This document shows positions 1 to 9,270 of a stretch of 64,000 bases of DNA, piece after piece. This DNA comes from a virus (taxonomy: Duplodnaviria; Heunggongvirae; Uroviricota; Caudoviricetes). The stretch is from positions 17,571 to 81,570 of the IMG/VR virus record IMGVR_UViG_3300003324_000363. The stretch is one strand, 5' to 3'. Positions within the stretch are counted from its first letter, which is position 1, and each line of letters begins with the position of its first letter. A program made the translations under genes and the position numbers. The notes below the pieces were generated by a model. It had not been told where the DNA came from and searched no databases. It was given only the letters and a program-made list of their open reading frames with translations.

Positions 1-1234
1 GTCTTTGCAATCTTGATGAGCCTTCTTCTAAATCACGTATTATGCCAGACTGTGAGCCGTCAACTCTACATACATGATAGCCACCTTGCTTGAATATTGT
101 TGCCACATGTGCAGTCATTGCTTCTGGTGAAGCTCTTGCTATCTGCTGTGCATATTTTATGTAAATGATCCCATCAATCATTTCTGCTCCTACAATTGCA
201 AACTTTGATGAACCATCTGCATTACCATAACCCGGATCGACAGCAAGTACTTTTTCACCATCTTGCATTCGTAAGTCATATGCATCTTGTGTTATGTCAT
301 CTAATGCTGCTCCTTCAAACATGTTGCCACTGCCATAGCCATACTTTAAATTATATTCTTGCTCAAAGCTGCGTAATTTCATAGCTTCAGCAAGCTCTTC
401 TTTTGTGTATATCAATCCTTCACCACGTGTGTATGGCAATATTATTTTGTGATAAGGCGATGTCACATCTCTTTCTATTGTTTCATAAAAGCCACCGGGC
501 ATGTGTGGTGTTGAAACCATAACAATGTATGGATTTGACTTTGCAGTATAACCTTCTGACACTGAAACCACTTCTCTAACCTCATTTGGATTGAAAAAGT
601 CAGCTTCATCAAGAAATATAAATTTCATATTTTCAGGTGAACGTAATGCTTCTGTGTGGTTAGATGGATAAGCTTCTATCTCACAACCATTTAGTATAAT
701 CTGATTTGCTTTGTATTCTTCCGTTAATACATTTGCAAGAATAGTTTTCATTCTATTGACAAGCTTGACCCCAAGCTCCATCTTAGGGCCAACAACAATT
801 GCCATCTGTGCACCAAAATATTCTCTATCACGTAGACACAACCATGCCATATAACGTAAGATAAATTCAGTAACACCAAGTCCACGAGCTTTCTTTACCC
901 ATATTCTTCTGTGTACTTGCATGGCATCATACATTTCTTTTTCATATTCAAACATGCCATGTTCAACACCATTCTTTACAGGCAATCCAATCATGTGATT
1001 GAAGCAACATTTTCTGGTAAGCTTTAGCTGTTCTGGACTTATACGTTTAAGATAATCTTCTTTCTTTTCTATATCGCCAATACCAGGATAGCAGAGTCTC
1101 CGATGTTCTAATTTGTTCCACAGCCAGAAGGCTTTGCCGTAGAACGAATCAAAATTCTGTCTCGGTAAACTCTGACTCTTGCCGTATATCTCCTTGTTGG
1201 CTTCCTTGACTGGTGTTGTTGGTTGGGATGACAT
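1..1234 (-). CDS. terL: Terminase large subunit, N-terminal ~410 aa. The C-terminus runs off the window edge.
   Basis: Reverse-complement translation from the ATG at 1232-1234 is open to position 1. It contains Walker-A-like KKARGLGVTEF, Walker-B IFLDEADFF and a nuclease-domain acidic block VDPGYGNADGSSKFAIV. The ORF track omits it because there is no stop in the window. Confidence 0.85.
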   Translation of the reverse strand, partial: MSSQPTTPVKEANKEIYGKSQSLPRQNFDSFYGKAFWLWNKLEHRRLCYPGIGDIEKKEDYLKRISPEQLKLTRKCCFNHMIGLPVKNGVEHGMFEYEKEMYDAMQVHRRIWVKKARGLGVTEFILRYMAWLCLRDREYFGAQMAIVVGPKMELGVKLVNRMKTILANVLTEEYKANQIILNGCEIEAYPSNHTEALRSPENMKFIFLDEADFFNPNEVREVVSVSEGYTAKSNPYIVMVSTPHMPGGFYETIERDVTSPYHKIILPYTRGEGLIYTKEELAEAMKLRSFEQEYNLKYGYGSGNMFEGAALDDITQDAYDLRMQDGEKVLAVDPGYGNADGSSKFAIVGAEMIDGIIYIKYAQQIARASPEAMTAHVATIFKQGGYHVCRVDGSQSGIIRDLEEGSSRLQR

Positions 1235-1802
1235 ATGTATCTTCACCTGATTTCTTTACCATGTTTATGGCATGTGGCGATGCACTGCCAGACAATACTT
1301 TCTTGGCTGCATCAACATCTGCCTTTATTCTTGCAATAACAAAACTGCCTAACTGATATGTATGGACATTATCATTCAGCTGCATTACTAATTTACGTAA
1401 CTCCATGATTGTATCAATGTCTCGTTCTTCTTTGTTTTTGGTTTCTTCCAAAAGCAAGTCACGTTGAGTATTTTCTAACAGTCTTTCAGCTGTATCTTTT
1501 CTTTCTCTAAAGTCAGTAACAAACCCAAATCTAGCTTGTTCTGACATCCATACATCAGCTGCTTCCTGTGAACGTACAAATTTTAAAATTCTACCATACT
1601 TTGCTTCAGAAACATGTTTGCCAAGCTTGCTTCGTACATAAACCAATGCTGCTTGTATTGGCAAATCAGCACGTTTTGCATCTTTTACAAGTTGGATTAG
1701 ACGAATATTATCAGCCGGCGTATAACGAACAGGTTCTTTACCTTCTTTTGCTGGCTTTATGTCAGCAGGCATAGTAATGCCGGCATCATCAACATTAGAC
1801 AT
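1149..1802 (-). CDS. Putative terminase small subunit or DNA-binding protein immediately upstream of terL. Overlaps the terL start by 86 nt.
   Basis: 217-aa ORF whose position relative to terL matches a small terminase. It has an HTH-like N-terminal region and a coiled-coil middle. I saw no diagnostic motif. Confidence 0.3.
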   Translation of the reverse strand: MSNVDDAGITMPADIKPAKEGKEPVRYTPADNIRLIQLVKDAKRADLPIQAALVYVRSKLGKHVSEAKYGRILKFVRSQEAADVWMSEQARFGFVTDFRERKDTAERLLENTQRDLLLEETKNKEERDIDTIMELRKLVMQLNDNVHTYQLGSFVIARIKADVDAAKKVLSGSASPHAINMVKKSGEDTYVIPTNNTSQGSQQGDIRQESEFTETEF

Positions 1803-1840
1803 CTGTGAAAGAAATGGGAAGTATTAGCTATAAAATAAGT

Positions 1841-2056
1841 TTATGTTGATGGCTTTTGGTGTCCCCAATCATCTTTTCTATCTATTTGCCATGCAACATT
1901 TGTTATATCTTGAGCATCAAGAATAAGTCGTATCATTGCTAATCTTTTTTCAGCCTGTGCTAAGTTAGTAGTGATAAATGACACAGTGACCTTTCTTGAA
2001 TCTCTATTACCTTTAGCCACTGAATTTCTGTTTGGGTTGCTATAGTTTATCACCAT
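1841..2056 (-). CDS. Hypothetical protein, 71 aa
   Basis: ORF packed between neighbouring genes on the same strand. Confidence 0.35.
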   Translation of the reverse strand: MVINYSNPNRNSVAKGNRDSRKVTVSFITTNLAQAEKRLAMIRLILDAQDITNVAWQIDRKDDWGHQKPST

Positions 2057-3171
2057 TAATCTACTCCCCTCTCTTTCAAGTATCTGTCACTCATGTTGCT
2101 TGAATTTAGCTCAAACATGTTTAGCTTGTGTCCCAACAAATCAGGGTCAAAGTGCAATTCATCTTGCTTGTGAATCTTCCAATTGGTGCATACAAAATCC
2201 CATGTGCCTTTTGGGTACATCTTTGTTTGAAGATATGTTGTTATTGGCTTGCCATCTACGTTGTGCTTTCTACATTCTGGGCACTTTATGTCTATGCAGT
2301 TCCATTTCCATGCATCCTGTCTGGTTAATGATAGCAATTCTGTCTTGCTGTTTTCTGACTTTAGAAACTGGGTGCATTTTTTAGTTGTTATATCTGGAAG
2401 ATATTTTATCTTTACAAAGTACTTGGTGCTGAAATGTTTGATTGTAGTCAATGATGTTTTAGCAACAAATGGAAACAGCATAAATGGTAGAATAGCTTGC
2501 CTGCCATCCATGCACTTTTCTGCTGTTTTGTTGATGTTGTAAAACATATCACCTAAAGCTTTGTAATAATCTTGCATATCTTTGTGGTCTTCAAACAATT
2601 CTCCCCAGTTTATTTCAGCATCTTCAGTTTCTCCATTGTCTTTTTCAACTAATTGCTTGTCTTGTTCTAAAACATCACGACATCTTTTTGAAATTTCAAT
2701 AATGTCTGTAAAAAATCTCCAGTATGGATAACGAATGTTATAATACGGTGCGTCTGTTCTGTCCTTGAAGGTATTTAAAGAAACGGAACTATCTAAATCA
2801 CTCTTTTGGAGTGATTTGTCATTTAGTTCTGTTTCAGATGACTCTTCTATAGAACTGTCACTATTATAAACATTGCTATCACCATATGCTCTAGTCCAGC
2901 CATGTTTGGTTGCTACCTTTCTAATCCAACTATCAGCTACAGCCCCAGTTCCTGCATAACCAATTGTTGATGTGAGCTTGACAGCTATTTCTCGTTTTGG
3001 CACACCATCACGTTCAAAAACATCTCCCATAAGCTCAATGAGCTTGACCTTATTTGAAACAGTATCATTCTCCATATCAATTAACTGCTCAAATAGATGT
3101 TGTGCTTCTTGCTTGTTGTCAGCAGACTTTAGAAATCCAAAGTCTGCTTCAATTGCTGTGCTTTCCACCAC
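2056..3171 (-). CDS. Hypothetical protein, 371 aa, with a C-terminal Cys cluster (CPECRKH ... C)
   Basis: Long ORF on the coding strand with a CxxC zinc-finger-like cluster. No recognisable catalytic motif. Confidence 0.55.
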   Translation of the reverse strand: MVESTAIEADFGFLKSADNKQEAQHLFEQLIDMENDTVSNKVKLIELMGDVFERDGVPKREIAVKLTSTIGYAGTGAVADSWIRKVATKHGWTRAYGDSNVYNSDSSIEESSETELNDKSLQKSDLDSSVSLNTFKDRTDAPYYNIRYPYWRFFTDIIEISKRCRDVLEQDKQLVEKDNGETEDAEINWGELFEDHKDMQDYYKALGDMFYNINKTAEKCMDGRQAILPFMLFPFVAKTSLTTIKHFSTKYFVKIKYLPDITTKKCTQFLKSENSKTELLSLTRQDAWKWNCIDIKCPECRKHNVDGKPITTYLQTKMYPKGTWDFVCTNWKIHKQDELHFDPDLLGHKLNMFELNSSNMSDRYLKERGVD

Positions 3172-3221
3172 AATTATTCGGAATCTTTGTTACAGAAGAG
3201 TGAATATAAGCATGTTCCTTT

Positions 3222-3470
3222 TTACAATTCCACGTTTGTTGTATTCCATGTAAGTGTTACTGGAGTGCCGTTGTAATAAGTTTGTAATACCGGCTCCCTA
3301 GGATGCAGCATTTGATCCATAAAGTGAAATATTTTATCAATTGGTTCTTCTGGTTCAGGTGGTGGATATGAAATTGTCGTATAATGAATCCATTGATTAT
3401 ACAAAATTGAATTTGCAGAACTTGTATCGATCCATGTGTTAGTTGCAGCAGAAGTTGTTGAATAAGACAA
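3222..3470 (-). CDS. Hypothetical protein, 82 aa
   Basis: ORF on the coding strand. Confidence 0.35.
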   Translation of the reverse strand: MSYSTTSAATNTWIDTSSANSILYNQWIHYTTISYPPPEPEEPIDKIFHFMDQMLHPREPVLQTYYNGTPVTLTWNTTNVEL

Positions 3471-3506
3471 TGCCTGATAAACAGGCAGGAGAGAATAAAA
3501 ATATTG

Positions 3507-4058
3507 TCATTTCAAGTCATCAATATTGCCAAAATCTTTCATGTTTTGTGGCTCTAGTTGAGCTTCTTCAATAGGTTTAGGGCAACTTGGTTTAAGTTCA
3601 GCAAGAAGTCTTTTCATAAGCCACTCATGCCTGAATTGTACTTTTAATACAGGCAAATTTTTAACATAAGACCACTCAATACGATGTTGTAAATCATGTG
3701 GAATGTTTGCACGAATCCAATCGGCTACATTGACATAAATATTTGGGGATACTTGAATTATAAATGGGTCTAATGGTTCTGGTTCCTCATATCTGACTTC
3801 AGCCTTAGTAGTAAAATCATATGCCGTTAAGCCATAGTCCCAATATTTGTTGTTTGCACGATAATATCTAGTAATGCTACAATAACGGTTTATTGGCGTT
3901 GTTAAAAATTGATGGTATCTTTGCCATGCAACAAACATTGAATCTTCTGTGCCATCATGTACTATAATTTTAGTAGCTCTGTCTATCATTTGATTAGCCC
4001 ATTCATCCAAAGCAGGCGTGCTGCTTGATTTTTTATACGAATTGATTGACATGCCCAA
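3507..4058 (-). CDS. Hypothetical protein, 183 aa
   Basis: ORF on the coding strand with tight spacing. Confidence 0.5.
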   Translation of the reverse strand: MGMSINSYKKSSSTPALDEWANQMIDRATKIIVHDGTEDSMFVAWQRYHQFLTTPINRYCSITRYYRANNKYWDYGLTAYDFTTKAEVRYEEPEPLDPFIIQVSPNIYVNVADWIRANIPHDLQHRIEWSYVKNLPVLKVQFRHEWLMKRLLAELKPSCPKPIEEAQLEPQNMKDFGNIDDLK

Positions 4059-4073
4059 AAAGAAGGGGAGGGA

Positions 4074-5144
4074 TTAGTCAAATCCCATGTTTCGTGAAAT
4101 GCTAGGCTGTATTCCATCTTTTGTTTCCAGTCCTCTACCTCTCTGTCCTGTTAGAATCAGTGCGTGTCCTGATGGAATTGTTTGTACTACTTGCCCATGC
4201 TCTGGATGCTGCAATGTTATTGTACCTTTGCCCTTGTCTGCTGGAATTGCAAGCACATACTGATCTTTCAGAACAGCAAAGTAGCCATCTGTGCCCAGCT
4301 GGTGGTTGCCTAGCTTGATTGTCTTGAACAATCCTTTTTCATAGCTGCTTTCACGAGTGTCTCTAATGAGCTCTGAACTTTGTCCATCACCAAATGGCTT
4401 TTGCAAGTCACGAATGTATAGCTGTGCTCTAGTTGTTGTTTCATCTTCACCAACAACATACTCTGACTTTGAGCCACTCAGTGTCTGTCTCCTACTGCCT
4501 TCATTGACATAATCAATGCGTGCAGTAAAGCCACTTACAGCCTGTCCTAGTATGTCACCCTGCCATCTTGTAGCAAATCCTTCATCTGCTCTGTTTGCCC
4601 AATGCAGAATCTCTTCCATCGTTTTGGTTTTCTCAATTGGCAGTCCTTCAAGCTTGTGGACAAAATACATGCCTTCATCGTTTATGCCGGCTAAGTAGAA
4701 AACACGTGTCAGTTCTTCATACGGCACATCTTTCATGGCTTTCTGTTCTTCAAAATATGGCACTGGCTCAACCTTTGTGTTGGCAATGACTTCAACCTGT
4801 TCATTGCTTGGTCTTTTAGCATCTTTTGAGTTTTCTTTTGTAAAAATGTACTTCCAGTATTCCAGTTGTGTCACTTCTTCTACCTTTCTTGTGCCCTTTC
4901 TCACTTCATATTTCAGCAGCAAAGCATGTTCCCCATCTTCCATGACAACTTCATGATTGGAGTTTGTTATGTCATACTTTGTGCCGTCAGGCAAATCTGT
5001 GCCGTAAAACTTGGGCAGTTCTTCACTTACCTCAAAAAACTTGGTCAGTTCTGCTCCTGTTTCACCTGATACTTTGCCACGTAGCTCGTTTAGCAATTCT
5101 GTGTCCTTCATACCTTTCTTCAGTGCGTATGAAACCTGTTTCAT
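4074..5144 (-). CDS. Hypothetical protein, 356 aa
   Basis: Long ORF. The start codon sits 25 nt downstream of the TATA-like motif at 5169-5187, which suggests a leaderless transcript. Confidence 0.6.
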   Translation of the reverse strand: MKQVSYALKKGMKDTELLNELRGKVSGETGAELTKFFEVSEELPKFYGTDLPDGTKYDITNSNHEVVMEDGEHALLLKYEVRKGTRKVEEVTQLEYWKYIFTKENSKDAKRPSNEQVEVIANTKVEPVPYFEEQKAMKDVPYEELTRVFYLAGINDEGMYFVHKLEGLPIEKTKTMEEILHWANRADEGFATRWQGDILGQAVSGFTARIDYVNEGSRRQTLSGSKSEYVVGEDETTTRAQLYIRDLQKPFGDGQSSELIRDTRESSYEKGLFKTIKLGNHQLGTDGYFAVLKDQYVLAIPADKGKGTITLQHPEHGQVVQTIPSGHALILTGQRGRGLETKDGIQPSISRNMGFD

Positions 5145-5168
5145 TACCTAACAAACGTAAAGTTTAAC

Positions 5169-5187
5169 TATATAAATATATTTAACT
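5169..5187 (-). promoter_or_regulatory. Archaeal-type BRE/TATA promoter motif (TATATAAATATATTTAACT). Copy 1 of seven exact or near-exact copies.
   Basis: On the minus strand the motif contains TTTATATA centred about 26 nt upstream of the ATG at 5144. Exact 19-mers also lie at 23024-23042, 27342-27360, 30195-30213 and 32986-33004. Near-exact copies lie at 18416-18434 and 39721-39740. Confidence 0.5.
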
Positions 5188-5192
5188 ATAGT

Positions 5193-5303
5193 ATGAAGCC
5201 TGAACTATGTAAGCACTGTGAAATGGAGTTTACAACATCGTTCTGTAAAACGTGCAAAAAACCAGTATGCCAAACATGTGCTGTTATTGATTGTGAACTT
5301 TAA
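5193..5303 (+). CDS. Small zinc-ribbon protein, 36 aa (MKPELCKHCEMEFTTSFCKTCKKPVCQTCAVIDCEL). Only candidate on the plus strand.
   Basis: Read directly from the sequence. It has four CxxC pairs and the ATG lies 6 nt after the near-palindromic TATA motif. It may be a shadow of the neighbouring minus-strand gene. Confidence 0.25.
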   Translation: MKPELCKHCEMEFTTSFCKTCKKPVCQTCAVIDCEL

Positions 5304-5413
5304 AACAAATCACTGCAATCACAAAGTGCACCACATTCTTTGCACTTTAGCTCACATGCTTGGACATTTTCCATGATAGCACCACAACGCAGGCATTCAA
5401 ACTTTTCAGCCAT
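5300..5413 (-). CDS. Small zinc-ribbon protein, 37 aa (MAEKFECLRCGAIMENVQACELKCKECGALCDCSDLF)
   Basis: Read from the sequence. CxxC x2. TAATG overlap with the upstream mini-ORF. Confidence 0.4.
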   Translation of the reverse strand: MAEKFECLRCGAIMENVQACELKCKECGALCDCSDLF

Positions 5414-5532
5414 TAGGCACTATCATCTCTATAGCCACATATATTGCAGACACCATCTTCAAAACTGTTGTCTGCATTACATCTTGGGCATGACAGAAGT
5501 ATTTCTTCCATGTGTAATAAATAATATTTCAT
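5413..5532 (-). CDS. Small zinc-ribbon protein, 39 aa (MKYYLLHMEEILLSCPRCNADNSFEDGVCNICGY...)
   Basis: Read from the sequence. CPRC...CNIC pairs. Confidence 0.4.
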   Translation of the reverse strand: MKYYLLHMEEILLSCPRCNADNSFEDGVCNICGYRDDSA

Positions 5533-5548
5533 TGCTTATAAATATTAT

Positions 5549-6658
5549 TTAGCTTACTGTGAAACTGACATTTGGTGTAAATGTCAATGATGTTACTGTT
5601 GAATTCCCTACTTTGTCTGTAGCTTTAACAGTTACAGTATGATTAGCTGTAGATATTGTGGTTGTGAATGTCCACGATGTTGTTCCATTAGCAAGTACAT
5701 ATTGCCCTCCATCTACAGATGCTTCAACTTTTGCCACTCCACTTTCACTGTCTGATGCTGTTCCTGCAAATGTAATTGTTGAACCTGATATGACCTGTCC
5801 TTTTGTTGGGGATGTGATTGTTAAAGTTGGTGCTGTTACATCTGTTGGTGCAGATGTTGTTATTTCTCTTACTGAAACATTCTTGAAGTCATAAGTAGAA
5901 TTGTCTGATCTAAATGATACATAATTGCCTCCCCATGTGATTATTTCATTTTGCTTCATTTCTGTGCCTTTATCACGATTGTATGGAATTGGTGGCTTGG
6001 TTGTGTATAGTCCTTTCAGTTTAGTCATAAATGCAGAAAAGCCACTTGATGCATTCCAGTTTCCTGTATCTGTGTATTCAATGACCTTCTTGAATGTGTT
6101 GTTGTTTGCTACATCAACCCATACTTCCAATTTTGTTTGTGTGTCATTGTTTATGTTGTAGCATATGAATTTCCAAGTTACCCATTTGTTAAGAATGTTG
6201 CCAAGTCCTGAAGCTGTATAGCCAACAGCACTTGCATAGCCAGAATTGTTTGATTCATGATAAAGCTCTTTAATGAAACCAAACGCACCATCAAATCTCA
6301 TTCTTGCTTTATTTGCAGTACCATGCCATGCTTCACTTAAGGTTGTAGAATGTTGCTCTCCACGACAATACATTTGTAAATAAGAGCCAGAGCCTGCATC
6401 AACAAGCTTCATTTGTGCAGTCATCTCAACATTACGCCATGGCTTTGCCCCAGATGGGGTAGTTATAACCCATCGTGGCGTTTCAGATTTGTATATTCTC
6501 CATGAACCATCTGAATTTCTTGTCGTGTTTGAAGGCATTCTGTCAACCATGCCTCCATCTTCTAATTGTGTAAGAGTTGTAGCAGCCATATTGATATAAT
6601 ATTCCCTGCCACCTGTAACAGTAGGATAAATCATTGCTATTCCAAATTTATCATTCAT
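5549..6658 (-). CDS. Putative secreted or structural carbohydrate-binding protein. N-terminal concanavalin-like beta-sandwich (my guess) plus a C-terminal Ig-like Thr/Ser-rich domain.
   Basis: 369 aa. The C-terminal ~90 aa are T/S/V-rich beta repeats (TAPTLTITSPTKGQVISGSTITFAGTASD...) of the kind seen in Big/Ig-like domains. I saw no catalytic motif. Confidence 0.45.
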   Translation of the reverse strand: MNDKFGIAMIYPTVTGGREYYINMAATTLTQLEDGGMVDRMPSNTTRNSDGSWRIYKSETPRWVITTPSGAKPWRNVEMTAQMKLVDAGSGSYLQMYCRGEQHSTTLSEAWHGTANKARMRFDGAFGFIKELYHESNNSGYASAVGYTASGLGNILNKWVTWKFICYNINNDTQTKLEVWVDVANNNTFKKVIEYTDTGNWNASSGFSAFMTKLKGLYTTKPPIPYNRDKGTEMKQNEIITWGGNYVSFRSDNSTYDFKNVSVREITTSAPTDVTAPTLTITSPTKGQVISGSTITFAGTASDSESGVAKVEASVDGGQYVLANGTTSWTFTTTISTANHTVTVKATDKVGNSTVTSLTFTPNVSFTVS

Positions 6659-6702
6659 TTTCTGTTCTTCTAGAACAGTCCCTGCTAAAAAAGGTGTCTA
6701 AA

Positions 6703-7320
6703 TTAGAAATCTATAACTTGAGGCACTATGGCTGCATTTACAAATGTTATGCCATCTTGTATGTGTCTACCTTTACTCTCATGGATATGACCAAATACAT
6801 GCAGTTTAGGCTTTATTCTATCAATAACTTCTACCAGTAATGATATTGAGCCACACTTTTCACCAAAATGGTTTACATCTAAAATATTCATTGGTGGGCT
6901 ATGCGTTATGAGCACATCTGTATTTTTTGGTATCTGCTGCCAATATTTTTGTAATTCCTTCTCAAACCTGATATTGAATGCCATGCCACCAAACATTGGT
7001 TGCCATGGCGTTCCATAGAATTTTATGCCGTCTATTTCACAGCTAGAATCACGTAGATAGTGCACATGTGGGTACTTGTCTAAGATTTCTTTAAGTTCAT
7101 CAAATCTGTTTTGAAAAGCAAAATCATGGTTGCCAGCTATGAATGCAACCTCTTTGTAATATTGCTGATGCCCAGCCCAGTGTATAAAGTCAGCACATTC
7201 TCCAAATCCACCTGTTGCACTTACATCGCCAGCATGAACAAGTATCTTGCCTTCCGGCCAATATGTTTCCCTATATCTATGGCTACTGTGGGTATCAGAA
7301 GCTAAAACTAACCTCGTCAA
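6703..7320 (-). CDS. Calcineurin-like metallophosphoesterase
   Basis: The ordered motifs LVLASDTH, GDV, GNHD and GHIH are all present. Confidence 0.8.
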   Translation of the reverse strand: MTRLVLASDTHSSHRYRETYWPEGKILVHAGDVSATGGFGECADFIHWAGHQQYYKEVAFIAGNHDFAFQNRFDELKEILDKYPHVHYLRDSSCEIDGIKFYGTPWQPMFGGMAFNIRFEKELQKYWQQIPKNTDVLITHSPPMNILDVNHFGEKCGSISLLVEVIDRIKPKLHVFGHIHESKGRHIQDGITFVNAAIVPQVIDF

Positions 7321-7601
7321 TTAGTGAATATCTTTTCCTTTGTTGCACTGTTCAGGTAATATATGTTGTGTTGCTTTGCCATATGGCTCACATTAGATGA
7401 TTCTTCATATCCTGTATCTTGGTTGCAAAGCTTGCAAATGCTTGTTCCAAATAGCCATGCATACATTTCATATGTCCAATTTGCAGCAATACGTGGCTCA
7501 CAATTGCCACAATTTACAAGAACCTCATCCATCTTTAACGGCCACACTATAAACAATCCCCCACATGTTTTACAAAACTTCATTGGAAGTCTAAATGTCA
7601 T
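7317..7601 (-). CDS. Zinc-finger protein, 94 aa
   Basis: CKTCGG...CGNC...CKLC clusters. Confidence 0.5.
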   Translation of the reverse strand: MTFRLPMKFCKTCGGLFIVWPLKMDEVLVNCGNCEPRIAANWTYEMYAWLFGTSICKLCNQDTGYEESSNVSHMAKQHNIYYLNSATKEKIFTN

Positions 7602-7709
7602 TATTGTCTTGCCTCATTATTCTATCGTATAGATCAACACAAGAACGACAGAGTTGCATATTTCCTCTATTGTTGAGATATTTTGCATGTGCCCCACAAT
7701 TAGTGCATT

Positions 7710-8015
7710 TCATAGCTTGCCCGTCCTTTTAGCACGTAATATCTCTTCACGCATTCTACGAAAGTTAGCTTTCAATGCCGGCTTTGGATTTCTACAAGCA
7801 ACTTTTGGAGCTTGTAATTTCAATGGCTGAATGTGCTCAACAATGCCGTGACATTTTGGGCATTTACCTTTTCGTATTAACTCAAAACAACCTGTTTCCT
7901 CAAGCATGTTTACTGCCACTTCAGTTTTGGATAGCTTTGTGTATGTATTGCAATGTGGGCATCCTGTTACTGTTTGTATGTTCATTGCATATAACATTTC
8001 ATATAGTGTTGTCAT
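7710..8015 (-). CDS. Zinc-ribbon protein, 101 aa
   Basis: CPHC...CPKCHG pairs. Basic C-terminus. Confidence 0.5.
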   Translation of the reverse strand: MTTLYEMLYAMNIQTVTGCPHCNTYTKLSKTEVAVNMLEETGCFELIRKGKCPKCHGIVEHIQPLKLQAPKVACRNPKPALKANFRRMREEILRAKRTGKL

Positions 8016-8016
8016 T

Positions 8017-8151
8017 TTAATCTCTTGCCAACATTTCCCATAGCTCTGGATTTTCTGCTCTAATCTGTTTCATATGACATCTGAAACACAAATGCACCCA
8101 TTGGTTATATTCAATGATTTTTTGACAGTCACGGCATACATCAAGACTCAT
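8017..8151 (-). CDS. Small zinc-ribbon protein, 44 aa (MSLDVCRDCQKIIEYNQWVHLCFRCH...)
   Basis: Read from the sequence. ATGA overlap with the upstream ORF. Confidence 0.35.
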   Translation of the reverse strand: MSLDVCRDCQKIIEYNQWVHLCFRCHMKQIRAENPELWEMLARD

Positions 8152-8309
8152 TGTTTTTCACCTGATTGTTTCAAGTATTCTTGTTTCAATTGTTCCAAAT
8201 CAGCAACCATTTCTATATCTTGTGGCTTGAATCTATCATCATGTGATTTTAAGTAGCCTTTGTAATATTTTATTTTAAATTCTAATAACTCTAGAAATTT
8301 ATCAGTCAT
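8148..8309 (-). CDS. Small hypothetical protein, 53 aa
   Basis: Read from the sequence. ATGA overlaps on both sides. Confidence 0.3.
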   Translation of the reverse strand: MTDKFLELLEFKIKYYKGYLKSHDDRFKPQDIEMVADLEQLKQEYLKQSGEKQ

Positions 8310-8458
8310 GCCCCACACATCTCCTTTTGATATTCTGCTATTGATTCTTTAACGACCTCTACGGAATTGCCCATCTTTACAAGCTGGGATTCTATTTCGT
8401 CATAATCATAGCCTTTTGAACGTTGTCTGTTTATTAGTTCAACTAAAGCTTTGGTCAT
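8306..8458 (-). CDS. Small hypothetical protein, 50 aa
   Basis: Read from the sequence. ATGA overlap. Confidence 0.3.
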   Translation of the reverse strand: MTKALVELINRQRSKGYDYDEIESQLVKMGNSVEVVKESIAEYQKEMCGA

Positions 8459-8464
8459 AGCTTC

Positions 8465-8599
8465 TCATTCTCCATAATGATCTTTGCAAGACCATTGTGC
8501 TCCTTTATCCAATCTTAGCAAATCTATGAATGAAAAGTTAGAATAGCCCAACAGCTCACCACATTTATGACAATACATAGGGTGTGTTGTGTCACTCAT
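8465..8599 (-). CDS. Small zinc-ribbon protein, 44 aa (MSDTTHPMYCHKCGELLGY...WSCKDH)
   Basis: Read from the sequence. ATGA overlap with the 8596..8871 stop. Confidence 0.35.
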   Translation of the reverse strand: MSDTTHPMYCHKCGELLGYSNFSFIDLLRLDKGAQWSCKDHYGE

Positions 8600-8871
8600 G
8601 TTACCCACTTTTCACTTTTTACACATTCATTACAAAACTCTACCTTTTCCCAGTATTGCATCTTTTCACTCCATAGATAGCCAATTAGTGTTGGCAATTT
8701 ATCTTCTACTTTGGTTTTGTAGGTAAACATACGATTACAGCCTTTACAGAGATAGCCGGCATGTTCCTTGTCGTTGATGTCATGTAAAAATGGAACTCGA
8801 TACTCTTTGCCGTCTTTATCAGTTGTTAGTATTGTGTGAATTAGCTTGGTCATATTATCCACTTTTGCCAA
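8596..8871 (-). CDS. Zinc-finger protein, 91 aa
   Basis: CKGCNRMF...CNEC. Confidence 0.5.
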   Translation of the reverse strand: MAKVDNMTKLIHTILTTDKDGKEYRVPFLHDINDKEHAGYLCKGCNRMFTYKTKVEDKLPTLIGYLWSEKMQYWEKVEFCNECVKSEKWVT

Positions 8872-9013
8872 AGTTGTCTTTTCTTATGTAAATAGGAAAA
8901 CAGGGAATCAAACATATGAATGCCTCATTGTATGCTCTGTTCTTTTTCCAATACACGCCTATCCAACAATCACGCTTTTCAAATTTAATGCTGACTTGAA
9001 TCATAATATCCAC

Positions 9014-9145
9014 TTATGCCCCGTTTGGTATGAAGTCGATAATCGTCCAGTTTTCACACTCAAGACAGTAAGCATTATTGCCTTCAATTTTATGTAAAGG
9101 GTAAGCATTGCAATTATAGCAGTATAGCATTTTTAGTTTGGTCAT
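9014..9145 (-). CDS. Small zinc-ribbon protein, 43 aa (MTKLKMLYCYNCNAY...CLECENW)
   Basis: Read from the sequence. Confidence 0.35.
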   Translation of the reverse strand: MTKLKMLYCYNCNAYPLHKIEGNNAYCLECENWTIIDFIPNGA

Positions 9146-9270
9146 ACTGTCACCTTTTGACGTGTTTTATGCTTAATTCCTAGTGCCTGTTCCATCGTTA
9201 GCAGTATTACATTAGCAGCACAGTCTGCACAATAGCCTGTGAAAATATCACATGGTTTATGTTTTGTCAT
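9142..9270 (-). CDS. Small Cys-containing protein, 42 aa
   Basis: Read from the sequence. ATGA overlaps. Confidence 0.3.
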   Translation of the reverse strand: MTKHKPCDIFTGYCADCAANVILLTMEQALGIKHKTRQKVTV

